From NCBI GenBank assembly GCA_951406725.2, contig OX597830.1, positions 49,538,001 through 49,602,000 of the forward strand: 64,000 bases of DNA, written 5' to 3'. Positions 1-13,330 of this stretch are shown here, one piece after another. Every line of letters begins with the position of its first letter. Position 1 is the first letter of the stretch. Origin of the DNA: Octopus vulgaris. Its lineage: Eukaryota. The translations under genes were made by a program, and so were the position numbers. The notes under the pieces were generated by a model that was not told where the DNA came from, made no database searches, and was given only the letters and a program-made list of their open reading frames with translations.

Positions 1-30
1 TACATTATATGTAAATAAATACACATACAC

Positions 31-81
<51 letters not shown>

Positions 82-668
82 CGGGAGGGAGTAAGAGAGA
101 CCGACCGACCGAACTACCGGAAAAACAGATTTTAATTTTACTTTTCCTGAATATGTATTTATATAAGTAAGGAAGAAATAAAATTCACTTTGAATAGTTT
201 GTTGTGAATATCCAGGGCACCCGATCAGGAACACATTATCAGAAATATTTGTAAGTATTCTTATAATGGAAGAAATATCATGATCTTATCGAGAGACAGA
301 GGAAAGCAGCACGTTCACACACATTTCTCTCTTCTTCAATCTATTTACCTACATACGTTGTTCGTGTGTATACGCGTGAACTTTATAATAATATATCTGT
401 AAACAGCTTCCTCTAATCATGCATGCGTTGTCAATGGCAATAGTCAGCATACTTTAATGCCATTTAACAAAATAGTTATAAGAAATATAATTTGCCAAAT
501 CACCAGAAACTGGGAATCTAGAATCTCAAGTCTGCATGCAGCCTTATAACAGTTCGTCGTCGTGAAAACAGCATTTTGACTTCGTCTACGTATGCTGAAG
601 GGTACACTCAACATAACACTAAGAAAAGAAAAACAATAATGATTACTATTAGTACTGCCATTCCTCTG

Positions 669-818
669 CTTCTTCTTCTTCTTCTTCTTCTTCTTCTTCT
701 TCTTCTTCTTCTTCTTCGTCTTCTTCTTCTTCTTCTTCTTCTTCTTCTTCTTCTTCTTCTTCTTCTTCTTCTTCTTCTTCTTCTTCTTCTTCTTCTTCTT
801 CTTCTTCTTCTTCTTCTT
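669..818. repeat. (CTT)n microsatellite
   Basis: Near-pure CTT run with one interruption; source of the poly-K and poly-L ORFs. Confidence 0.97.
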
Positions 819-992
819 GAGGCGGTGAACTGGCAGTATCGTTTGCACGTCGGGCAAAATGCTTAGCAACATTTCATTCGAGTTCGACTTTACCTTTTCT
901 CCGAGATCGACTTTACCTTTCCACCTTTCGGGGTTGATGAAATCGACCTACCCTCCCCCAAATATCGGGCCATGTGCCTATAGTAGAAATGC

Positions 993-1044
<52 letters not shown>

Positions 1045-1062
1045 CATTATTATTATTATTAT
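819..1062 (+). mobile_element. Degenerate tRNA-derived SINE (family A, Nin-like domain) with (TTA)n tail
   Basis: Head gaggcggtgaactggcag...aaatgcttagc and core tcgactttacctttccacctttcggggttgat match the copies at 5261-5677 and 11534-11785. TTA run at 993-1062. Confidence 0.7.
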
Positions 1063-1250
1063 TAAAACTTTTGACAGGGTTACCTTCAATACCTAGAGGC
1101 TGTTCTCGCGGCGGTAATATTCGGTCTCGTTTTCAAAGCCTAGATCATTGCAATGTATAGCGACATCTGTGCGGTGGTCAAAGTAAACAACCATACCGCC
1201 ATCTTTCAGGATCGTTGAGCTTCGTTCTTTCTCTCGCTCCATTAAGGACT
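1063..1250 (+). pseudogene. L1/Tx1-type LINE reverse transcriptase fragment
   Basis: Manual translation with one frameshift: KTFDRV/YLEAVLAAVIFGLVFKA*IIAMYSDICAVVKVNNH. This resembles the KAFDRV...GF...WI..MYS...V.VNG segment of L1-clade RTs. Confidence 0.7.
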
Positions 1251-1644
1251 TCCAACGACAACCTTCTGTAAATTTTAATAAAAACAAATCACAGATGATA
1301 GCAAGAACTTTAAATACATACCCTGTCACTGTCAACGTATAACCTGCAAGTTGTCGGAAATTCAGTAACGGTGAAGAATCGAACGTGAGTTGTTTCGTCT
1401 AACCACCGGAGTTACGAAGTACCACGTTTTAACTGACATAAATTTCTGTTGCTCCAGATTAACGGTTACGTGTTATGAATAGAAATTCTAACACAGAGTT
1501 CGTTTTGAGTAAAAGTGTAAATCTAAACCTTATAAAAATATAAAATAAATGTTGTCCTGATGCGAAAATATAATCTATGATTAAATCACAGAACATTCGG
1601 TATCCAACAGTGGTAAATCAATCACAGATTGTACTGTCTTATAT

Positions 1645-2004
1645 ATCTTTTATATATAATCCGTTCCGTCTCTGTGTGTGGCTTCTAGGATCTCGGGCAT
1701 TCTCCATCCGATTGCGCTCAAACTTGATATGTAGGTACCGACGGTATCAGGGAGTGTATAAGTTTTGAAATAATTACACAAATCAATTCCAGGTGAGAAT
1801 GCGATCGATAGAGCCGTGGGAAATCGTTTTTCTTTGGAATAGAAAAAAGCCTATCCATATTTCTTCTTTTGCTGGTGTCTCAAATTTAGTGTGTCTCAAA
1901 AGGGAGGCCAATGGGACGGTCGGACAAGATGTTCTGAGGAAATTTGCTTTAAATGTTTGACAACTCAGCACCGTCCATTGGACGGGGGTGGGCGTTTTGC
2001 TCGC
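1645..2004 (+). mobile_element. Putative non-autonomous Helitron/Helentron-like element
   Basis: Starts TCTTTTATATATAAT, contains ccgattgcgctcaaacttgatatg, and has a GC-rich end terminating in gctcg (degenerate CTAG). No TSD. Confidence 0.4.
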
Positions 2005-2060
<56 letters not shown>

Positions 2061-2063
<3 letters not shown>

Positions 2064-2258
2064 GGTCCCGGGTTGAGTCGGGGTTAACCACAGTAAATAA
2101 GGTACTCAATACATAGTAGAGTAAATTAATTTATTTTATAGAAGGAGCTTCTACAGGATTAGAACTGTTTCATTCAAAAGAAATCATCAGGAAGCTTCCT
2201 GATGATTTCTTTTGAATGAAACAGTTCTAGTCCTGTAGAAGCTCCTTCTATAAAATAA
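2061..2258. mobile_element. (TA)n-embedded hairpin element, Penelope-like pLTR remnant
   Basis: 128-bp palindrome at 2131-2258 (one mismatch, centre 2194/2195) plus a ~70-bp unpaired tail at 2061-2130. (TA)n on both sides. Confidence 0.8.
2193..2243 (+). ncRNA. Type I hammerhead ribozyme motif (mirror copy on minus strand, ~2146-2196)
   Basis: agcttc-CTGATGA-t[ttc-tttt-gaa]t-GAAA-cag-ttctagtc-ctg-TA-gaagct: 6-bp stem I, stem II, stem III, canonical core, GUA cleavage triplet. Confidence 0.8.
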
Positions 2259-2963
2259 TATATATATATAAAATTCAGATGAATATGGTACTTAAGTTGA
2301 GGCACCAGAATTTGGTATGGAATTATCCATACAATTTCAAAATAAGGTGCTCTGGATATCATTGTTGCTTATTTTGATTATATATATATGTATATATGTA
2401 CGTATGTATATATGTATGTATGTATAAATATATATTTGAAGACGAAATAATGCATACAAAATGGGGGTTATGCATTTGTACTGTGTCTCGGAACGTGCGT
2501 ATGCGTAGATGGATAAGTGACTAGCACATAACGGTAGACCTGATACTTAAGGTGGATGAACTAATGGATTCCTTTCTCAGACTTCTCACGTCCTTCATTA
2601 TACATCACAGTCTTAACAAATACACACTGACGCATATACACGGAAGTGGATATTCATAAACACATACACTTACAAATGGCGGTTTTACAATTCGAGCATA
2701 CACTTAAGCATACAGAGTTCAAGTGAACTCAGTACGTATTGCCGACAACATTGTACGCATATACATGTATGTATGTATGTATGTATGTATGTATGTATGT
2801 ATGTATGTATGTATGTATGTATGTATGCATGTATGTATATATGTATGTATGTATGTGTGTGTTTGTGTGTACATGTATGTAGCCGCACATCCATATTTAG
2901 GTAAAGGCATACAACACACATATAAACCCAAGCTTACATTTAAAAAAATACTGCACAAAACAA

Positions 2964-3093
<130 letters not shown>

Positions 3094-3266
3094 GTATAAT
3101 CGGTGATGTATAAACGAGACAAGTACAAAGATGTGTAGGATTGATTTCTGATGAAACAGACAATTATTGATAATTTTCTTTTCATCATAACTATTTCTAA
3201 CAACTTCCCCGCTCCTTATTCATGCGTATGAACGGATACACACGCACACACACACACACACACACG

Positions 3267-3298
<32 letters not shown>

Positions 3299-3381
3299 CA
3301 TGTTCTACCGTAGTATTAATAGATATAATCGGACACAGTATTAAAGTACACTGCTTAGTCAAACACACATTCAAATACACG

Positions 3382-3435
<54 letters not shown>

Positions 3436-3557
3436 CCTTTGCGTGTGTCCGTGTAGAGGCTAAGGAAGACGTAGACTTAAGACGCAGCAGAGTTTATTTA
3501 TTCTGTTCAAGTTCATTAGGTAATCCGCATAAATTAGCGGAATGTGGCACCATGCTC

Positions 3558-3600
<43 letters not shown>

Positions 3601-3924
3601 AATATGAATATACATACTAACAAACAAACACATATGCACACACATAAATATACACATGCATACATGTACACATATGTATACGTTCATTCATACATACTTG
3701 CATAAAACTATATATCCTCACGTACATACACATATACACATGCATACACTATATGCATCTGCACATATATGCACATGCATTCAAACATATTCAGACATAG
3801 GCATATATACACATATATACATAAACGCAAATATTCCTATATTCACACATACATCCATATACATGCATGTATACACACACACAAACACTCATATATATAC
3901 ACATATGTGTGTGTACTTAATACA

Positions 3925-4061
3925 CAGGAGTGGCTGTGTGGTAAGTAGCTTGCTTACCAACCACGTGGTTCCGGGTTCAGTCCTACTGCGTGGCACCTTG
4001 GGCAAGTGTCTTCTACTATAGCCTCATGCCGACCAAAACCTTGTGAGGGCATTTGGTAGAC
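3925..4061 (+). mobile_element. tRNA-derived SINE family B, 5' half
   Basis: aggagtggctgtgtggtaagtagcttgct...ggttcagtcc (A/B-box-like). Same family as 31421-31813 and 38346-38813. Confidence 0.85.
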
Positions 4062-4120
4062 TCGACCACGAGTTCGCTGCGCTAAGCACTAGGTCATGTG
4101 CCTCCACCATGAAAGACTTA

Positions 4121-4376
4121 AAAAATAGTATTAATGCGGCCTTTTAAAGCCTAGCCAGGCTCATGGGCCCGGTTTCCCGGTTTCCATGGCGTATGTGTTC
4201 CCCAGCTGGACGGGACGCCAGTCCTATTGCAGCGTTTCTCATTTTTGCCAGCTGAGTGAACTGGAGCAACATGAAATGAAGTGTTTTGCTCGAGAACACA
4301 ACGCGTCGCCCGGTACAGGAATCGAAACCACAATCCTGATGCTGACATCCTAACCACTAAGCCACGCGCCTCCACT
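4121..4376 (-). mobile_element. tRNA-derived SINE family C (head C, tail 1) with TSD
   Basis: Minus-strand head ggaggcgcgtggcttagtggttagg...ggtttcgattcc. Flanking direct repeat ccatgaaag(a/t)ctta at 4107-4120 and 4377-4390. Confidence 0.85.
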
Positions 4377-4893
4377 CCATGAAAGTCTTAGTCCACCTTA
4401 ATTGAATTCGAACATCAACATTCGTAATCAAAATATCGCAGTCTATTTACTGCAGCATTCAACTGCTTTAACCTCTCCACAGCCTTCAAAGTACATCGAA
4501 CATTTTTTCACTATATTGCATGGAATTGAGAGCGTTAGTCATTACAATATATCACAAGATATTTTACTCGGCAGTTTATTCTACATTACTTACCATCATC
4601 TTTGCATCTGATACAATTTTGAACCTATTTATAGCTTCGTTATATCCATATTAATCTCTCTCCCTTCTAGCCACAATATTTGCGATATCAATTATCATGG
4701 GGATCAAATAAGCAGGTGCGAGATACGCTTCTCACTTTATTTTTCCCTGGCTTCATAATATTCTCACTATCGGTTTGGGAAGTTTATATAAATATAGACT
4801 TTAAAAGCCTTTACATAATTCTATAAATATCAGAAACAAACAAAAATGTTTAATAAATACATAGAGTTTAGAAAACAGGTGTGTGTGTGTGTG

Positions 4894-4925
<32 letters not shown>

Positions 4926-5260
4926 CTTATGTATTTGTGTTTGTCTGAATGTATGTATGCCTATTCATGTTTACCAAACTATATTTTCAATATAAAGTAA
5001 TTTATAGAAATATAGATTTTACAAACCTTTACATAATTGAATGAATGAAACCAGCAATAAAAAGAATGTTGGGAAGGTGGAGAGAAAGCCTCTGCAACAT
5101 CGGTTTCTCTAATACAAGCAATCTAGTTATGGTGGATATCAATATGGTGATGATGTAAATTATTGATGGCTACAACTACGTGAACAAGAACAAGCTGGGT
5201 CAATCACACACGCAAATATTATCAACGTTCCCTTCCTGCAGATGAGTCAACAAAGAAGCT

Positions 5261-5677
5261 TATTTCTTTATTGCCCACAAGGGGCTAAACATAGAGGGAA
5301 CGAACAAGGACAGAAAAAGGGATTAAGTCCATTACATCGACTCCAGTGCGTAACTGGTACTTAATTTATCGACCCCGAAGGGATGAAAGACAAAGTCGAC
5401 CTCGGTGGAATTTGAACTCAGAACGTAACGGCAGACGAAATACCTATTTCTTTACTACCCACAAGCGGCTAAACACAGAGGGGACAAACAAGGACAAACA
5501 AACGGATTAAGTCGATTACATCGAACCCAGTGCGAAACTGGTACTTAAGTTATCCACCCCGAAATGATGAAAGGCAAAGTCGACCTCGGCGGAATTTGAA
5601 CTCAGAACGTAGCGGCAGACGAAATACCTCTAAGCACTTCGCCCGGCGTGCTAACGTTTCTGCTAGCACGCCGCCTT
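5261..5677 (-). mobile_element. SINE family A with tandemly duplicated 3' portion
   Basis: Two ~185-bp units (5261-5444 and from 5445), each beginning tatttcttta..cccacaa and carrying the gtcgac/ctttcatc core. Single head at ~5630-5677. Confidence 0.85.
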
Positions 5678-6639
5678 CATTTTCTTTGTAGTTGTCGGAT
5701 CAGCGAGAAAGAGCAGCCCAAGTGATCTTAAACCACATCTTAAGTTCCGTATACGTTATGTATGAAAATAAGACAGGATGGTCATATTAATAACGTCTTC
5801 AATAATTGCTCTGCTCGATCGATTTCATGCTGAGTCTAATTAGTAGTAACAACAACAGCGAAGACTACAAGACCATTTTTGCAAGCGATATTGGTGAAAT
5901 TGAGTCTCTATCATTCTCGGTGAAGAACATGCTTCTCTTCAACCAGTTGAGTCAGGACTGAGCGAAAAGAAACTGCAATTTACTGAGTACACAACATATC
6001 CACATGTAACATAAGATCGCATCAAGTGTCAAGGATAAACGTCTAGAGAATGACAAATACTAAGAGAGAGAGAAAGAGAGTAAGAGAGAGAGAGAGAGAG
6101 AGCAAGAAAGAGAGAGAGAGATAGGGCGAGAGAAAAAGAGATAGAAAGTGAGAGAGCAAGGAAGAGAGCAAGAGAAAGAGAGTGTGAGAGGGAGGAGTCG
6201 GTCCCAGTTCTTAGTAATACTCGATCTGTTGATTCTGAAACGATGGAAGATAAAGTTGGCCTAGGTGTGATTTGAACTCAGAATGTAAACTGCAAGACAA
6301 TCGTCAGAGTAGAGTGTATAGAGATGGGAATCATAAGATCTTCAACCATGATAAAGAGATAATTGGCGTTAATTAACAAATTATCTTAATGGAAATCAGC
6401 TGTCCTTTTCTCATCCATCACCATCACAACAAACAGTCATCAATTTCTATCTCTGATAAATAACAGACACATAGGAAATTCGTGCCTGACATCGAGAGTG
6501 CTTACACGTAGGTTCATAACATAAGGTTGTAAGTGCGGTGGTAACGTTGATAAAGTTGACGAAGACGAGAATTTTTGAGGCAACCTTAACAGGTTCCTTG
6601 ATGTTGTGTTGTTCTTTAAATTATATCTGTTAAAATTTG

Positions 6640-6678
<39 letters not shown>

Positions 6679-6887
6679 CTTTATTTAAAGCAGCAGAAAA
6701 TTCAACAAAATCTGTTACTCTGAGTTTCTCGTTGCCGTTCATCAGACTGTCTGATGAACGGCAACGAGAAACTCAGAGTAACAGATTTTGTTGAATTTTC
6801 TGCTGCTTTAAATAAAGCATATTACTCTACCACTGGTATTTGAGTACTCTTTTTTCCACCTTGTTTCACATTTATGTGTTTACCCCG

Positions 6888-6889
<2 letters not shown>
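6679..6889. mobile_element. (TA)n-embedded hairpin element, Penelope-like pLTR remnant
   Basis: Perfect inverted repeat 6679-6747 / 6749-6817 (69-bp arms, 1-nt loop) plus a tail to 6889. (TA)n on both sides. Confidence 0.8.
6747..6784 (+). ncRNA. Minimal type I hammerhead motif
   Basis: ctgt-CTGATGA-a[cg-gcaa-cg]a-GAAA-ctcagag-TA-acag: stem I ctgt/acag, GNRA-capped stem II, quasi-palindromic stem III. Confidence 0.7.
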
Positions 6890-6942
<53 letters not shown>

Positions 6943-7286
6943 TACCCACATGTGCACGTGTACGTTATATATGCATTTAATTATATTGATTATATATATA
7001 TTTAACCATTATAATTATACATACATTTAATTATAGTTATTATATATATTCTATAACATGTTTACCTCCCCTCGGTTTTCTGTTTAATCGTTCTCAACTA
7101 CCGCATACTTTGCCACTAGAAACCTTTCTTTTATACAACGAAATATTTAGAGTTACAAAAAAAAAAAACAAGAGACAAAAAGTAACAAAAACAGAAACAA
7201 AAGCAGTAAAACGAAGAAACATTACAATTAGTATACTTATTGTTGCTGCTGTTGTTGCTGATGATGAAGACGAGTGTTGTTGCTGT

Positions 7287-7857
7287 CTTCTTCTTCTTCT
7301 TCTTCTTCTTCTTCTTCTTCTTCTTCTTCTTCTTCTTCTTCTTCTTCTTCTTCTTCTTCTTCTTCTTCTTCTTCTTCTTCTTCTTCTTCTTCTAATCAGG
7401 ACTCACGCCATTAGCCACAAAGAATAATCTCTAATTCGAGCCTACCCTAAGCTATTAAGAATGCGTGTGGCAACTTTGAAGATCCACCCACCACACGCGA
7501 TAGACTGGCGGGTACACAGGCACGAAAGCTACGTTGTTATCCTCATTCCGTAAACGGTGGCTTTTAACGGGTGGAGAGCTGAACCATCCTGGGGTACAGA
7601 GGATTCGCAACTTAGAGTAAGGTCTGAAAGTTTTACCACACCATAGTGGGTTACACCATGGTTCCTCTGCTTTGTGGCAGAGAAAGAGTGAGAGAAATTT
7701 GTGGTGAAAGAGTACAGCGGGGTTCACCACCCCTCCACCCCTCCACCCCTCTCGTGGAGCTTAGGTGCTTTTGCTCAATGGCTGGTCTGGAAATCGAAAC
7801 CGCGTTGTTACGATCGCGAGTCCGCTGCCCTAATCACTGGGCCATTGCGCCTCCACT
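7287..7857 (-). mobile_element. tRNA-derived SINE family D (head D, long tail 2, (GAA)n end) with TSD
   Basis: Minus-strand head ggaggcgcaatggcccagtg...ggtttcgatttcc. The (CTT)n at 7287-7393 is its 3' tail. TSD tgttgttgctgt at 7275-7286 and 7858-7869. Confidence 0.8.
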
Positions 7858-8242
7858 TGTTGTTGCTGTTGTATTATTAATTTGCATTTTAATTTGTATT
7901 GTGCATTTGAAGAAACGTTGAGAATTGGGCAACAAAACTGAGTGATTCCTTATTGATTGACAATTATAAAATCTTCACTTACGTGATTAATGCAATATTG
8001 AGAGGATAATAAAACGCTAAATCTCATTCCTGTTTTATCTATAGAATGATACTTCGTGTCTCCTCTAGCAAACCTTATTATGGATTCTTAAACAGATTAC
8101 GCTAGTATTTTTCTTTTTAATTTCTGCTTTTGCCTTGAGTAAAACGAAAGACGGATGGGTTTGGAATATGTAAAATGGTGTGTTAAAATTACACAGTTCT
8201 TCGTACACTTTCTACACACCTGGACTTTGTGAAATGCAGATA

Positions 8243-8278
<36 letters not shown>

Positions 8279-8282
8279 CACA

Positions 8283-8321
<39 letters not shown>

Positions 8322-8742
8322 TATATCTGTTCCATTACAGAAACTGAATCTTTGTTTAAGCAACATTTACATGCGAAAACGAAAGAACAATGGTTGGCGT
8401 AATCCTTTTAGGAAAAATATGTAAATACTGAGAGGAAGGGTGGGAGGAAACAATAATAATTTTGTTAGCGAAGTGTTTTGATGGCAATAATTCTTAAGAA
8501 TGGTTTAAATATTCCCTTGATAATACCTTATAACACCATCACCCACCCTTTATATCGACACTCGGAAAATAATTATAAATGGAAAAAAAGTAGGAAAAAA
8601 AAGGAAAAAAGATATTTTCCAACGAAAAAATAGACTCGAGACAAACAACACAAATACACGCATATATGTAATACACATATATACGTACGAAAAAGTGTTT
8701 GTATGTGTATGTGTATATCTATATATAAATATCAATATGTGT

Positions 8743-8829
<87 letters not shown>

Positions 8830-9206
8830 GGTGTGTGTTGTGTATTGTAAGGCTGTATCATTCAGAACCGTGGAACAGATGTCTTGTAAAATTGGTATAA
8901 AACGATACAGCTGAGGAGGAAACCGAGGTACATCGTTGAGCTTACATTACGACAAATCTCAAAGGATATATTTTCGATACAGAAATATAAATAGCAGATG
9001 TTTACAGGAAAAAAACAAAAAACAAAAACCAAATATATTATATAAGGAATTATTACCTAGAATTTGCCAATAAAACATTCTGAACAGAAGGATAGGCAAA
9101 CACTTTATTGCAGAATTAATTTGGGAAATAATATTCACGTTGAAAATAACTATTCTCTTTGTACAAACTGTTATGGGACTAGATGATATATGCTGAAATG
9201 ATTGTG

Positions 9207-9253
<47 letters not shown>

Positions 9254-9290
9254 CATACATACGTACGTACATGCGTACATAGATATATAC

Positions 9291-9331
<41 letters not shown>

Positions 9332-9362
9332 TGTATATATCTATGTACGCATGTACGTAATA

Positions 9363-9418
<56 letters not shown>

Positions 9419-9463
9419 TAATACATACATACGTACGTACATGCGTACATAGATATATACATA

Positions 9464-9503
<40 letters not shown>

Positions 9504-9799
9504 GGTTGTAGTTAACCGTAGTTTAGAGATGAAGATTTTCGATTGCTTTCTCACACCTGAGTAAATAATCAAAAGTGGCTGCACATTCCCTTGACAAACA
9601 TGCCTTTAACGGACTTGTATGATGTTTGCCACAGGGCTGTACAATTTTAATATTAGTTGTCATCTAACTGATGACCCACGGAGGGAGAAAATGCCCGTTG
9701 TACAGTATCCCACGCAGTGGACTCGAAAGCATGACATCGTAGTTACGAAGTGAAATTCTAAACCTTTCAAGTATACTGCTTCTCACACACACTTATATA

Positions 9800-10030
9800 C
9801 AGTAAGCCCTCGACTATCGCAGGTATCACGTTCCAAAACACCCCACGATAGGTGAAAATCCGCGAAAAAGAAACTACTGCACTGTATATTTTTAAAAATT
9901 ATTTTTATAATTTCTATATATTTATTTTATTATAAATGCAAAACAACACCACGGAAGAATCGAAGCTCAAATAATAAACCGCGATAGGTGAACTGGGATA
10001 GGTGAACCGCGATATAGCGAGGGATTACTG
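9800..10030. mobile_element. Tigger/pogo-type (Tc1/mariner superfamily) MITE
   Basis: Imperfect TIRs cagtaagccctcgactatcgc / gcgatatagcgagggattactg, TA on both flanks, internal cgataggtgaa repeats. Confidence 0.8.
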
Positions 10031-10285
10031 TATATATACATACACAAATACACACATACACACATACCCATACACACACACACACACATACACACACACA
10101 CACACACGAAATCTGCTGCTTAGGCGGTTTATTTCAGATCATTGAAATCAACTCAGATATTTTACCAAGTACGTACCGAACCGGATATTAACATAAGACA
10201 GCCACTCGAGAGAAAATCTTCACTAATTATAACCATTTGAATAACTGCTAGATTTACATGAGAATTAAACTTTTAGGAAAGTAAT

Positions 10286-10477
10286 AGGCGCAGTAGTGGA
10301 TATGTGGTAAGAAGTCTGCTTTCCAACAACATGGTTCCAGCTTCTGCGTGGGACCTTGCGCACATATTTTCTACTATAGACTCGGATCAACCAAAGATTT
10401 CAGAGTGCCTTGGTAGACAGGAACTGAAAGAAGCCTGTCGCCTTCCCCTCTCTCTCTCTCTCTCTCTACATACATAC

Positions 10478-10554
<77 letters not shown>

Positions 10555-10727
10555 TTCATATATGTATGTGTGTGTGTTGGTGTGTTTACGACCCCATAAT
10601 TTAGCGGGAAACCGATAGAATAAGTACCAGGTTTCCAAAATAGTACTGGGGCCGATTTATTTGACAAAAATCCAAGACGTTTCCCCGGTATGGCTGCTGT
10701 CTAGTGTCTGAAAGAAGTAAAAGAGAT
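10286..10727 (+). mobile_element. SINE family B, degenerate full length, with internal microsatellite
   Basis: Head, gaactgaaagaagcctgtcg, a (CT)/(TA)/(TG) block, then the 3' half gatagaataagtacc...gaaagaagtaaaaga. Confidence 0.75.
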
Positions 10728-10805
10728 AGTTATGTACCCTCTCTATGTCACTCACTCTTTCTCTCCATCACACACACACAAGCACACGCACACACTTGTA
10801 TATGG

Positions 10806-10921
<116 letters not shown>

Positions 10922-11533
10922 ATTTGTTTTACAAAAAATTAGTCTTGAAAATTGTGTTAAATTCTATATTATTTTATTTTGGAAAGATAATTTTGCCAAT
11001 GAAATCTCACATCCTGGTTCTAAGTCCCTTCAGTTTTATTGTGCATTAATCATTTTATTTATTTTTGATTAGTTCCTTATGAATTATTCATGACGCTGCT
11101 ATGCCCTTCTAAATGATTTCGATGTCTTTCTTTCTCATTCTGGCACTGAAATGTAAATAATTTATAACAAACTAATCGTTGATTAGTTTCTTCATTGATA
11201 AACTAATTATTTACCAGTATAACTGAAGAGAGTTACAACCAAGGAGTGTGAGTGTAAAAATCATTTTACATGGAAAAAGACATCCTCACAAAGTGAAACG
11301 TCTCACACTTAATTTTTCATCTGTCCAGAAATCTATGTAATTACCCATCTTACCTATATATTTATATGTCCATCTCTCTTCCATATACATTTCTAAACAA
11401 CGATCTCGCACGAGACAGAAAATGAGGGAGAGAGATCTCGCTTCACCAAAGTAACACTTCTAGATATTATCATTACGACTTTAGACCACAATGATATAAA
11501 CAAATCTGATGTCTGTAGAACCAATAGTTATTA

Positions 11534-11785
11534 TATTTCTTTACTGCCCACAAGGGGCTAAACATAGAGGGTACAAACAAGGGCAGACAAAGGGATTAAG
11601 TCGATTACATCGATCCCAGTGCGAAACTGGTACTTTATTTATCGACCCCGAAAGAATGAAAGGCTAAGTCGACCTCGGCGGAATTTGAACTCAGAACGTA
11701 ACGACAGACGAAATACCGCTAAGCATTTCGCCCGATGCGCTAGCGTTTTTGCCAGCTCGCCGGCTTTACCCAGCTCACTGCCTTG
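11534..11785 (-). mobile_element. SINE family A, near full length
   Basis: Closely matches 5445-5677. More decayed copies at ~6200, 12850, 13370, 20330, 20990, 35650, 44400 and 63205. Confidence 0.85.
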
Positions 11786-13094
11786 TTATTAATGATAGTT
11801 ATTAATGATAATCCAACATTGACAAGTAGTTAAAATATATTTCAATAATTTTCTTGTTAATTCGCTTCAGAACAGGGCATGAACATCCCAATAGCTGTAT
11901 TCACTCTGTTAAAAAAAAAGTTCTTTCTGCCTCCGCTGCCTTCTACAACAATTTGCATGTGTATACTTCCGAGTGGAAGAATCCTTTCCAGCCATTTGTA
12001 ATAAATGGACTTGGTATTGTTGAATTAATTCAAGGACAGAAGAGTGACGCAGTAGAGAAATTGTCTTCTTCGTTGACTGTCGAAATAATTGATAAATAGA
12101 CGCAGTGATACTTTGGTCTTATCTCATGTCAAACTTTAAGTACTATCGCAAACAGGAATCGATCTTATTTTTATAAAACAGCACTAGCAGGAATTTTATT
12201 TTACATTTGAAATATCACCTCCGATAACCTTCCAACGAAAGTTGAAATTGAAAACGAAACATCTCTGACAGTATCAGCCTCACCGTTTCGGGAAAACCTA
12301 TTTTCGTGTATAAACTTGTCTGTTCTGTGACAATGCTGACCCTCGAGGTTACATACATCTGAAGTTCGTTTTGATTTGACGTAGTTACTGTGATATATTT
12401 CCGTAAGGTGAGATTATACAAGGATTCATGTGAAAACTCTTCTCGATTTATTAGGAGATTCAACAGGAGAGCGTCCAAGGCTTTCTTTATAAAACCTATT
12501 AATTAGTTGTTATGAATGACACATGTCATTTGTTATCGAACAACGTCAGGTTAGGTTTTTTAACATGATAGCTATGAAATCTTTGAACAATTTCAAATTG
12601 TGGAGCAGAGAAACATACTAAATTTTGCACACACTAATTAAATATGAATTTTAATTAATACAGCATGAACGATTGAATTAAATGAGCGTATAGGACAGCA
12701 TAAAGATTACGAAATATTTCAGAGGGGTGTGTTTGGTCCAATAAAGGTGCATGTGATCGCTTATATCATCTCAGCAAAGACACAAGAAGGTTTATGTCAC
12801 GGAAACAAAAATAATCCTTTCTACTATAAGGACAAGGGAGGAGGAGTAAAATTTGGGGAGGGAGTAAATCGATTACATCAATCTTGGTACTCAACTGGTA
12901 CTGGTTTCATCGACCCCGCAAGGATAAAAGGCCGAGTCGACCACGACGGACAGACGAAATTTGTTCGGAATGTTAATGATTCTGCCAGATCGTTACTTTA
13001 GCTGGCAGAAACGTAAGCACACCGGATGAAATACTTAGCGGTAGTTCGTGTTCAAATTCCGCCGAGGTCTACAAAATATGTGAATATATGAACG

Positions 13095-13330
13095 TTGTCG
13101 TCCTCTTGAGGGAGAAAACCCTCCAGCTTGGGCCAATGAAGAAACCTTAGATCTGAGACTACCCAGCGTTAACAGCAGCGCAATCCCCCGCTCAACTTTT
13201 GCTCGCCTAATCTAAAGGCATACACTTAGCATAGTTCCATTTACTTGGAGCATTTTTTGTCACTGTCACAGATATCTTGACCTTCACTGGCAAAGAGCAC
13301 ATTTCTTCCCTCCCTGGTTTCTAACTTGGG
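13095..13330 (-). pseudogene. Probable L1/Tx1 LINE 3' end fragment
   Basis: Minus strand ends ...QVNGTMLSVCL* followed by a GC-richer UTR-like stretch. Resemblance to cephalopod Tx1-like ORF2 termini is from recall only. Confidence 0.35.

Noticed and set aside
7790-7857. tRNA-like sequences (also ~4310-4376, 29135-29203, 51645-51712)
   Set aside because: They are SINE heads continuous with SINE bodies and TSDs; no complete cloverleaf.
11880-12480. Possible Tx1 ORF1 remnant on the minus strand
   Set aside because: Only one short motif (QIVVEG) is suggestive, which is insufficient.
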